Source: an uncultured virus (IMG/VR IMGVR_UViG_2061766007_001136)
Taxonomy: Duplodnaviria > Heunggongvirae > Uroviricota > Caudoviricetes
Length of the DNA stretch: 48,884 bases
Virus record (IMG/VR): IMGVR_UViG_2061766007_001136
Reading direction: 5' to 3' (one strand)
Below the pieces are notes generated by a model. The model was given only the letters and a program-made list of their open reading frames with translations, was not told the DNA's origin and made no database searches. The position numbers and the translations under genes were made by a program. This document shows, one piece after another, positions 20,062-28,765 of this stretch (within the stretch, counting starts at the first letter, position 1; every line of letters begins with the position of its first letter).

Positions 20062-20331
20062 ATGAACGACAAAGCCTTTGCCCTCTGCATCCTTCTCATC
20101 GGAACCTCTCTGGTGTTCCTCCTCTCCTGGCAGTCCCACAGGATATGCCGTTTAGAGGCCCTCAGCGCCTCTCTAAGGCACGAGATTGAAAAATACGATG
20201 AATCTACCGTGAAGGAGAACAAATCGCTCAGAGAGGCTCTCAGGGGCCTAGATTTTGATTTGTATGACAATGGGTGTATCAAGGACATGCACAGGGCAGG
20301 GAAGAAGGAGTCTGGACATGTGCTACCGTAA
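20062..20331 (+). CDS. TM-anchored coiled-coil protein, possible i-spanin
   Basis: N-terminal TM helix plus helical region; lysis-cassette position upstream of portal as in N4. Confidence 0.45.
   Translation: MNDKAFALCILLIGTSLVFLLSWQSHRICRLEALSASLRHEIEKYDESTVKENKSLREALRGLDFDLYDNGCIKDMHRAGKKESGHVLP
20145..20255. repeat. dispersed periodic element 3 (strong-gyrase-site-like), intragenic
   Basis: Core ACGATGAATCTACC (20195-20208) is the reverse complement of 27346-27359; arms TTAG 20152, TCAG 20162, CTAA 20173 / TCAG 20228, TCAG 20240, CTAG 20248. Confidence 0.6.
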
Positions 20332-20500
20332 GTATGTATGTCCTTTCTACACTGAAAAGGGGCTGTGCGAAGCATGTGCAAACTGCGAACATTTGAAGAA
20401 GGCTCACAGATCCATTCGCAACGCTAGGATTGGCCTAGTGGTAGCGATTGTGCTGTTTATAGTTATGACTGCGATACTGGGAAATGCTTACCCTATCTAA
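20318..20500 (+). CDS. small Cys-rich protein with C-terminal TM
   Basis: MCYRKYVCPF...CEACANC; AAGGAG RBS at 20305-20310. Confidence 0.55.
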   Translation: MCYRKYVCPFYTEKGLCEACANCEHLKKAHRSIRNARIGLVVAIVLFIVMTAILGNAYPI

Positions 20501-20852
20501 CGTAGAACTGATATACTTAGGCGTATGGGCCTTCATAGGCTCTGTACTGGGCTTCTTTGCCTTCAGCTACACGCCTGAAAGAACCCCTTTCGGCAACTTC
20601 ATGAGGGGAGTCTTGTCTGTCGGCATAGGAATGTTTATAGCGTTCCCTCTGTGGGCGTATCTTGAGGAAACCCACGGAATGTCCAGAACGCTGAGCATGA
20701 TGCTTTCTGGACTAGGTGCCTTTGGACTGCCTGACTTCATCGTCAAGTGGTGGCCTAGGTTCGTACAGACCATCGGTGAAAAGCTTTTAGACAAGGCTTC
20801 CGTAGACGATGGTGCATTTAGCAAGTTCTCTAGCAAAGTTACTAAGAAATAG
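20484..20852 (+). CDS. probable holin
   Basis: Three TM segments, basic C-terminus, immediately upstream of the portal. Confidence 0.6.
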   Translation: MLTLSNVELIYLGVWAFIGSVLGFFAFSYTPERTPFGNFMRGVLSVGIGMFIAFPLWAYLEETHGMSRTLSMMLSGLGAFGLPDFIVKWWPRFVQTIGEKLLDKASVDDGAFSKFSSKVTKK

Positions 20853-20866
20853 AAAAAGGTTAGCTT

Positions 20867-22966
20867 ATGCCTATGGAAAACATGGAAGAGCTTGAAGAGC
20901 AGGAAGAGGAAAGGACCGAGGAACGTGCCTTGGTTGACTGGCCTAATCCTCCCAAGCTTTCAGACTTAAAGAATGACCTTAGCGAGGCTGAATCCAGCCA
21001 TAGGCAGCATGTAGCTAAGGTCAACGAATGGCTCTCTACACTAAAAGGAGAGCTTAGGATTAAAACTCAGGATGGACGAAGCAAGGTTCAGCCTAAACTA
21101 GTCAGGAAGCAGTCTGAATGGCGGTATCCTGCATTGGAAGAACCTTTTCTCTCTACTGGAGAAATGTTTAGGGTTCATCCTGCTACCCATATGGACGTTG
21201 ATGCTGCTAGACAAAATGAAATGATTCTGAACAAGCAGTTCAGAGTTGACATTCCTAAGGTCAAGTTCATCAACGAATATGTCAGAACTGCTGTCAACAC
21301 TGGAACAGCTATTGTAAAGCTTTCATGGGAAACTCAGGTAGACACTGCCATAGAAGAAGTGCCTGTCTATACGCAGTCTCCAGAAGAAACCATGATGGTT
21401 CTGCAGCAGATGCTTCAGCAGGGACAGATAGACGAACAGACTGCACAGCAGATGGCTATGTCTGGTCAGCCTATACAGACTGGTACTGAACCTCAGGAAG
21501 TAGAGGAAGAAGTAGTTAATAGACCTGTACTTCAGGTTAAAGATCCTAGAGACATTATCATAGATCCTTCATGTGAAGGAAATATTGATAATGCACAGTT
21601 TATCATAGACAGATTCTATAGCGACTTATCTACTCTCAAAAGAGATGGAAGGTATCAGAATCTAGACCAGATAGTAGAAAAAGATATTACAGCTAATGAT
21701 GATCCTACTTACTACGAAAATAATTCACATAGAGATCCACTGTTTAGATTCAATGACAGACCTAGAAAGAAGCTTATCGTCTATGAATATTGGGGATACT
21801 GGGATATTGACAACTCAGGGATAGTCAAGCCTATCGTAGCTACATGGGTAGGAGACGTTCTTATCCGCTTGGAAGAGAATCCCTATCCTGACAAAAAGCT
21901 TCCTTTTGTGGTTGTCCAGTATCTTCCTCCTACAGACAAGAATGTTGTCTATGGAGATGCTGATGCAGCCTTATTGAAGGACAATCAGGACATCATAGGA
22001 GCTGTTACTAGATCTATTATAGACCTTATAGGTAGAGCAGCAAATGCACAGCAAGGTGTCAGAAAAGACATGCTTGATCCTATCAACAGGGACAAGTTTT
22101 CCAAAGGATTGGACTTTGAATTCAATCCTGTAGGCAATCTTGCTGATGGTCTATACATGACAAAGATACCTGAGGTTCCTAGGTCTGCCTTGGAAGTCAT
22201 TCAGATGCAGAATAACGAAGCTGAAGCTCTTACAGGCATCAAGGCTTTCACTGGAGGCATCTCTGGACAGGCTCTAGGCGATTCCGTAGGTGGCATACGT
22301 TCTGCATTGGATGCCACTGCCAAGCGTGAGCTTAGCATTCTTAGAAGGCTTTCTGCAGGCTTGAAGCAGATAGGCAGAAAGATAATAGCCATGAATTCCG
22401 TATGGCTGTCTGATGAAGAAATCATTAGGACTACAGACGATGAATTTGTAGCTATCAAGCGTAGCGATTTGGCAGGAAACTTTGATTTAGACCTAGACAT
22501 CTCTACTGCTGAAATGGACAACCAGAAGGCAGAAGAGTTAGCCTTCATGCTTCAGACAATAGGAAACTCTGTTCCTTTCGACATAGTGAAGATCATTCTT
22601 CACAAGATAGCTCATCTAAGGAAGCTTCCTGATCTGGCTAAAGCTATTATCGACTATGTTCCTCAGCCTGATCCTCTTCAGCAGGAGAATGCACAGCTTC
22701 AGAACGATATGCTCAAGGCTCAGATCTTTAATGAGCAGGCTAAGGGTGAAGAGAACAAGGTCGATGTTGCCCTCAAGTCTGCCAAGACTGAAAATGAGCT
22801 TGCAAAGGCTAGGCTCTCTGGCTCTCAGGCTGACAAGACTGACCTTGACTATGTTGAGCAGGCTTCTGGACTTCAGCAGGAAAGGAAGCTAGAGGAACAG
22901 GCACTTGGACTTCAGTTCAAGGAAAGGCTGAATAGAGAGACACGTTACAGGAAAGACCGTAGTTGA
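20867..22966 (+). CDS. portal protein, N4 gp59-like
   Basis: DWPNPPKL.DLK.D, RSKVQPKLVRKQ.EWRYP.L.EPF, VYEYWG.WDI, LEENPYPDKKLPFV, EAEALTG.KAF.GG. Confidence 0.93.
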   Translation: MPMENMEELEEQEEERTEERALVDWPNPPKLSDLKNDLSEAESSHRQHVAKVNEWLSTLKGELRIKTQDGRSKVQPKLVRKQSEWRYPALEEPFLSTGEMFRVHPATHMDVDAARQNEMILNKQFRVDIPKVKFINEYVRTAVNTGTAIVKLSWETQVDTAIEEVPVYTQSPEETMMVLQQMLQQGQIDEQTAQQMAMSGQPIQTGTEPQEVEEEVVNRPVLQVKDPRDIIIDPSCEGNIDNAQFIIDRFYSDLSTLKRDGRYQNLDQIVEKDITANDDPTYYENNSHRDPLFRFNDRPRKKLIVYEYWGYWDIDNSGIVKPIVATWVGDVLIRLEENPYPDKKLPFVVVQYLPPTDKNVVYGDADAALLKDNQDIIGAVTRSIIDLIGRAANAQQGVRKDMLDPINRDKFSKGLDFEFNPVGNLADGLYMTKIPEVPRSALEVIQMQNNEAEALTGIKAFTGGISGQALGDSVGGIRSALDATAKRELSILRRLSAGLKQIGRKIIAMNSVWLSDEEIIRTTDDEFVAIKRSDLAGNFDLDLDISTAEMDNQKAEELAFMLQTIGNSVPFDIVKIILHKIAHLRKLPDLAKAIIDYVPQPDPLQQENAQLQNDMLKAQIFNEQAKGEENKVDVALKSAKTENELAKARLSGSQADKTDLDYVEQASGLQQERKLEEQALGLQFKERLNRETRYRKDRS

Positions 22967-22993
22967 CAGGTTTCTTGAAGCTGTCTATAGAAT
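22963..22993 (+). promoter_or_regulatory. candidate sigma70 promoter for the head genes
   Basis: TTGACA at 22963-22968; TATAGA/TAGAAT at 22986-22993. Confidence 0.4.
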
Positions 22994-23023
22994 CCCTATC
23001 TTAATACTTAAAGGAGAATCACT

Positions 23024-23377
23024 ATGACTATCACTCCCGAACAGGCCAATGCTATTCGCAAGGAATGCAAAGAACACATTGAACGCAAGAATCTTCTTGA
23101 TCGTCTTAACCAGAATCCTGACTTTCAGGCTTTAATCAAGTTCTATCTGGAAGATGAATCTACCCGCCTTGTTCAGCTTTACGGTGAACCTTCCATCAAT
23201 CTTGGAGACAAGAGGGAAGTGAACCGTGAAGAAATTCATGAACGCCTCATTGGAATCGCTAGGTTTGCTGAATTCCTCAGGAGCGTCCACATGATTGCAC
23301 AGCAGGCTGAGAAACAGCTTCAGGATCTTGAAAAAGCTGAGAATGAATCTCCTGTTGACGGCGAAATGATTGGCTAG
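23024..23377 (+). CDS. N4 gp58-like protein
   Basis: L.RL..NPDF..LI..YL..E..RLV motif; synteny. Confidence 0.7.
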   Translation: MTITPEQANAIRKECKEHIERKNLLDRLNQNPDFQALIKFYLEDESTRLVQLYGEPSINLGDKREVNREEIHERLIGIARFAEFLRSVHMIAQQAEKQLQDLEKAENESPVDGEMIG

Positions 23378-23387
23378 GAGCTAGAAN

Positions 23388-24514
23388 NNNNNNNNNNNNN
23401 NNNNNNNNNNNNNNNGGCCACGGAAGAAGCCAGCCAGAGCGAGTCGGAGATGCCCTCAGAAGGCTCTCAGATGCCCTCAGAGCCACAGCAGGAGCCTGAC
23501 CCTAGCGATGATGCCTCCGAAGCTTCCGATGCCTCAGAGGGGCCTTCAGAGGCCCAGAACGAGGTGCCTCAGGAGNNNNNNNNNNNNNNNNNNNNNNNNN
23601 NNNNNNNNNNTGAGTACGTCAACTCAGGAAAGATGCCTCAGAGGAAGGAGCAGGAATCTGCAGAAGCTCCCAAGGAACCGTCTCAGGAGAAGGTTCAGAA
23701 GCCTGTTCAGAAAGCTGAACAGCCTCAGATCAACTATGAAGAGGTTGTGAAGCAGATATTCTCTCCTTTCAAGGCTAACGGAAAGGAGATAGCACCTAGG
23801 ACTGTAGAAGACGTTGTTCAGCTTATGCAGATGGGTGCCAACTACACTAAGAAGATGCAGTCGATAGCTCCCATGCGTAAGGCTGTAGAGTCTCTATCCA
23901 ATGCAGGAATCGATTCAGAGGAGAAACTTAGCTACCTCATTGATCTGTACAAGGGAGACAAGGAAGCTATCAAGCAGCTTCTTAAGAACAATCAGATTGA
24001 TGCTATGGATCTTGACTTGGATGAGATTCACTATAATCCCAACAAGCAGAACATAGCTTCAGATGCAGATGTCAAGTTTGCAGAAACCTTGTCTAATATT
24101 AATGAATCCCTGCCTCAAATTCAGAATATTATAGACAAGCAGTGGGATGCAGAGAGCAAGAAGATTCTTCTCTCTGATCCAAGAGCTTTGCAGGCTCTTC
24201 ACGAAGAAATCCAGATGGGTAGATTCGAGCCTGTACAGAAGCAGTTGGAAGTTGAAAGAACCTTTGGACGCTATCAAGGTGTTCCTGATATCCAAGCATA
24301 TATTGATATTCTGAACAGAATGTCTGCTCAGGAACAGTATCAACAGCAGATGCAGGAACAGCAGAAGAAACCTTCAAAGAATGTCCCAGATAAGAGGAAA
24401 GCAGCTCCTACCAGAGCAAAAGCCAAATCTGGTGGAACTTCCCTCACTCCTAAAGACTTGTTCTCAATGTCCGACGAAGAGTTTGAAAAGCTTAGCATTA
24501 AAGACTTAGTCTAA
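23388..24514 (+). CDS. N4 gp57-like protein (annotated tape measure; possibly scaffold); start lies in gap
   Basis: Acidic N-terminus, PFKANGK, LMQMGANYTKKMQ, LS.LIDL..GD.EAI..L, C-terminal MSDEEF. Confidence 0.8.
23450..23575. repeat. dispersed periodic element 4 (strong-gyrase-site-like), intragenic
   Basis: TCAG at 23456, 23467, 23477 / 23534, 23546, 23569. Confidence 0.5.
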
Positions 24515-24541
24515 AAATAAACTCTTTAGGAGAATAATATT

Positions 24542-27061
24542 ATGCCTTCCGGTGTTTCTTTTGAAAATCCCCAGGTTTACAACAATCCCCCGTCTACTGC
24601 GGGTTCCTATCCTCAGCTTATTCCTTTCTACTGGCAGAGGAAAGCTCTTATTGACCTTAAGAAGAAGCAGTACTTTGGTCAGTTAGCTGATACTGTTAGT
24701 ATGCCACGTCATTTCGGCAAAACCATTAAGCGTTATCACTACATTCCTCTGCTTGATGACCGTAACATTAACGATCAGGGCATTGACGCTACTGGTGCCA
24801 CTACTACCGATGAAGTGACCATCACCATCACTGACCCTGCTGGTGCTTCTAGGTATGCCGTTGGCAATGGTGCTTCTGCTGCAGCTGCTCTTACTGCCGC
24901 TAAGGCCAAGGCTGTTGACATCTTCAAGAACATTGGTGCTTTTACTACTGACTACGCCACTACCAAGGCTGCTCTTGTTGCCGCTGACTGGACTATCACT
25001 GAAGGTTCTGCCGTCAATAGCTCCGGCAACCTTTACGGCTCTTCCAAGGACGTTGGCACCATCACTGGCAAGCTTCCTGCCATCTCTGAAACTGGTGGTC
25101 GAGTNNNNNNNNNNCTAATCCAGGTTCCTATCCTCAGCTTATTCCTTTCTACTGGCAGAGGAAGGCTCTCATTGATCTTAAGAAGAAGCAGTACTTCGGT
25201 CAGTTAGCTGATACTGTTTCCATGCCGAAGCATTTCGGTAAGACAATTAAGCGTTATCATTACATTCCGCTTCTGGATGATCGCAACATCAACGATCAGG
25301 GCATTGACGCCACTGGTTCCGTTGTGGCTGATGAAGTTACCATCACCATTACTGATCCTCAGGGTGCCTCTAGGTACGCTGTGGGCAATGGCGTTAATGC
25401 GGCTGGTGCTTTAACTGCCGCTCAAGCCAAGGCTGNNNNNNNNNNTAACCGTGTGGGCTTCACTAGGCTGACTCTTGAAGCTAGCATCAGCAACTTCGGC
25501 TTCTTCGATGAATACACGGAAGACTCCGTGAACTTCGACAACGAATCCGACCTGATGCAGCACATCAGCCGTGAAACTCTCCGTGCCGCTAACGAGATTG
25601 TCGAGGACATGATCCAGATCGACCTTCTCAACGGTGCTAACGTGGTCTTCTACGGTGGTGCTGCTACTAGCACTGCTGAGCTTACTGGCGAAACTGGCTC
25701 TACTGCTTCGGTGCTGGACTACGACACTCTCGTTCGCGTTGAAGAGGCTCTTAACGACAACCTCTGTCCTACCGACACCAAGATCATCACTGGCTCTAGG
25801 ATGACCGACACCAAGACTGTCGGTGCTACCCGCTATGCCTACGTTGGTGCTGAACTGAAGCGCAATCTTCTCAAGATGGTTGACTACCATAACGAGAAGG
25901 CTTTCGTTCCGATTCAGCAGTACGGTGCTGCCGGTACCTTAGCCTCTGGCGAGATTGGTGCCATTGGTGGTTTCCGTTTCATTGAAGTTCCCAAGATGCT
26001 CCACTGGGATGGTGCTGGTGCTTCTGTCTCCAACAATGGTGGCTACATGGAGTCTGGTGGCAAGTACAACGTGTATCCTCTTCTGGTTGTCGGTTCTGGT
26101 TCCTTCACAACCATCGGCTTCCAGACTGACGGCGAGAACACGAAGTTCAAGATCCTCCACAAGGCTCCTGGCTCTGCTATGGCCTCTAGGAACGATCCNN
26201 NNNNNNNNNNNNNNNNNNNNGCCTCGCTGCCTAGTGATAGACAGCAGATAACCTCCTTAATTGCTGGGAACTCTCATTGAGACAATCAGCAGCCAAGCTT
26301 TCATGATTGAAAGAAGGTTCATCGACTATCCCGACAGGGAGTACACTCAAGCGAGTGGAAATGGGAGGCTCTCCTAACTGGAGATGAAGATATAGTCAGG
26401 ACTGCATAGCGATATGCAGCAGTAAGTTGACAAGATGGTATGGTTAAGGCATTCTCATTAAAACTTCGAGGAGGAAGTTATGAGAATAGCAAGCATACCA
26501 AACTACCCAAACTACCAAATCTACGATGACGGTTCTGTTATCAATATTAAATCTAAAAAGAAGTTAGCTACGCAACCTAACACAAGAGGCTATCTTACAG
26601 TAAATCTCTGGAAAGAAAATAAACTTAAGAAAATGTTGGTCCATAGGTTAGTAGCAGAAAATTTTATAGAAAATCCTCATAATTTACCCTGTGTAAATCA
26701 TATAGATAAGAATAAGCAGAACAATAGTGTAGATAACTTGGAGTGGTGCTCTTATAAAGAAAATAGCCGATATAGCTTACGCGAAATGCGAGATGCTAGA
26801 GAAGCTCTTCCACATAAGATACCAGTTAAAACCTTTAGAAATGGTGAATGGAAAATCTACAAATCTATTTCTNNNNNNNNNNNNNNNNNNNNNNNNNNNN
26901 NNNNNNNNNNNNNNNNNNNNNNNNNNNNNNNNNNNNNGAAATTTGGGAATATGTCAACTAACGGGAATAGTTTAGCGAACTATTCTGAACAGATTGGGTA
27001 CGGAACAATGATCCTTCGCCCCGAATGGATCGCCTTAGTTAAAGTAGTTGCCGAACGTTAG
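24542..27061 (+). CDS. major capsid protein, N4 gp56 family; intron-split, with an assembly-duplicated 5' allele
   Basis: YFGQLAD...[49 protein letters not shown]; exon 2 (W)[15 protein letters not shown] at 26997-27061. Confidence 0.93.
26221..26996 (+). ncRNA. group I intron (subgroup IA) in the major capsid gene; 5' splice site in gap 26199-26220
   Basis: P3 CCTCCT 26252/GGGAGG 26363; P4 TTGCTG/CAGCAG; P7 GACTAT 26324/ATAGTC 26392; P7.1 and P7.2 hairpins; P8; P9; terminal G 26996 followed by GG-TAC-GGA, restoring W-Y-G. Confidence 0.9.
26480..26961 (+). CDS. intron-encoded NUMOD4-HNH homing endonuclease (I-HmuI-like)
   Basis: [39 protein letters not shown]; after the gap it ends EIWEYVN*. 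Confidence 0.88.
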
Positions 27062-27081
27062 TAATTAAATAAATAATTAAT

Positions 27082-27118
27082 AAGGGCAGGGAGAGTGAAG
27101 TCTCTCTGCCCTTTCTTC
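27082..27118 (+). terminator. intrinsic terminator after the capsid gene
   Basis: AAGGGCAGGGAGA-GTGAAG-TCTCTCTGCCCTT followed by TCTTC. Confidence 0.65.
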
Positions 27119-27136
27119 TAAAGGAGAAACACTTTT

Positions 27137-27793
27137 ATGCTTACTATTACAGAACTTAAAGAAATTGCTTCCGAGCTTGGCCTTGGACACTTTGCAAACA
27201 TCGGTCTGGAAACCCTTAGGGGAAAGATCCGTGACTGGTGTGCAGAGCATGGAATAGCCGATGACGATCCTGTCCTCAGGGGATGTCTCCAGATGCCCGA
27301 AAATGCCACGAGGATCGATTCTAAGGCACAGGAAGAGGGTGGCATGGTAGATTCATCGTCCGAGACCAAAGCAGAGCCTGTTTCGTCTGAAAAAGGGTTT
27401 TCCGAGAAAATAGAGAAGCTGAAGCATCTCACCTTCGAGGAAGCCGACAGGAAGCAGATAGAAACCGAAGAGAAGTCGGTCTGGAAGAAGGCCATGAAGC
27501 TTGTGAGGGTGCAGATTTCCTGCAACAATCCGAACAAGACTTCCTATCAGGGAGAGATATTCTCAGCTAGGAACAAGTTTATTCCTGAAGTGAAGAAGTT
27601 TGTTCCTTTCAATGTTCCTACGCATGTTCCTGTGATTCTTCTGAATATGATTAAAGAGAAGCAGCTTCAGACCTTTGTCACTGAAAAGCTTCCCAATGGA
27701 ATGCAGACTAAGAGNNNNNNNNNNATTCTCTCTCCCCTTACCTCTGAAGAGTTCAATGCCATCAGGCAGAAGCAGCTTGCTGAAGGTAACTAG
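27137..27793 (+). CDS. N4 gp55-like protein
   Basis: KLVRVQI.C.NP.K....GEIF...N.....VKKFVPF, PLT.EE...I...Q. Confidence 0.8.
   Translation: MLTITELKEIASELGLGHFANIGLETLRGKIRDWCAEHGIADDDPVLRGCLQMPENATRIDSKAQEEGGMVDSSSETKAEPVSSEKGFSEKIEKLKHLTFEEADRKQIETEEKSVWKKAMKLVRVQISCNNPNKTSYQGEIFSARNKFIPEVKKFVPFNVPTHVPVILLNMIKEKQLQTFVTEKLPNGMQTKXXXXILSPLTSEEFNAIRQKQLAEGN
27270..27410. repeat. dispersed periodic element 5 (strong-gyrase-site-like), intragenic
   Basis: Core GGTAGATTCATCGT at 27346-27359; periodic GC-rich arms including GATCGATTCTAAGGC. Confidence 0.55.
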
Positions 27794-27795
27794 CC

Positions 27796-28462
27796 ATGTC
27801 TACTACAAATTATGTGAGTACATTTGAACTAATTAACATAGAAGAATTTACTCANNNNNNNNNNTACCCATACCGTTACTGGAGAAGGCGTATTCGACAT
27901 TCTCATGGAGACTGCTACAAAGCATCTCCTAGCCCAGTACGAAGCCAACAGGATTCGTGGAGAAGGCTATGCAACTGCTTATGTTCAGGTCTACATAGAG
28001 ACTCTGAAGGCTGCATTGAGAGTGTGGATAGAGAAGGGTGCTCAGGAGCTTCAGGCACAGCTTCTTGAAAAGCAGATAGAGCTTGCAGACAAGAACCTTG
28101 AACTTGCAGACAAGCAGATAGCTCTTCAGGAAAAGCAGATAGAGGCTGAAAGCATGAAGGCTAGCCTCTACAAGCGTCAGATTGAAGGCTATGACGAAAA
28201 CTACAAGGAAAAGATCCTGAAGATTCTTCTAGATGCATATACAGTCGTATTCTCAGTGGCTAATGAAGGCTTTGAAGGTGGCATACCTAAGCTGATTACA
28301 GTGTCTGGCATTAACGACATATGCGACATTATTACCAAAGATCTCAATAAGCCTGCTACCAATAACGAGTCTGATGCTACATGGGTAGAGAAAATTAGAA
28401 ATGACACTAGCCTGACAGTTCCCAACAGCTACTCCACTGCTGGATGGGATGAAAACGCATAG
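27796..28462 (+). CDS. N4 gp54-like structural protein (one gene across gap)
   Basis: GEGVFDILM....HL...Y...RI.G..YA..Y; LY..QI.GY. Confidence 0.75.
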
Positions 28463-28471
28463 GAAAGAGCT

Positions 28472-28763
28472 ATGGCTGCATACAGCTATCGAGACCGCAT
28501 AATTTCGGTAGTGCCTTGCTCTAAAGAAGACATACCCTCTCACATTGAGAGGGTATTGTCTTACTGGGAGAGTACAGGAACTAACATCGACTACCAGAAG
28601 ATTCTCCTAGAAGCCTGTGTAGANNNNNNNNNNGATTAGAAATGACACTAGCCTGACAGTTCCCAACAGCTACTCCACTGCTGGNNNNNNNNNNAGGAAT
28701 CCTAAGCTTATAAAAGTCTATAAAAAATACTTTTTAAATAATAAAGATATACATGAGGTTTAG
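28472..28763 (+). CDS. hypothetical protein (gapped)
   Basis: MAAYSYRDRIISVVPC... is open to the gap; probable end ...DIHEV*. Confidence 0.45.
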
Positions 28764-28765
28764 CT

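Noticed and set aside
25115..25435. Apparent tandem duplication or two major capsid genes
   Set aside because: The second N-terminal copy is bounded by 10-N gaps. The first copy (..TGGRV) continues naturally at 25446 (NRVGF), so this is most likely an alternative strain allele placed in tandem by the scaffolder.
26480..27061. HNH endonuclease fused to the capsid C-terminus (193-aa ORF in track)
   Set aside because: The frame is continuous only through Ns. The other frame gives a typical EIWEYVN* ending at 26961, and the capsid residues belong to exon 2.
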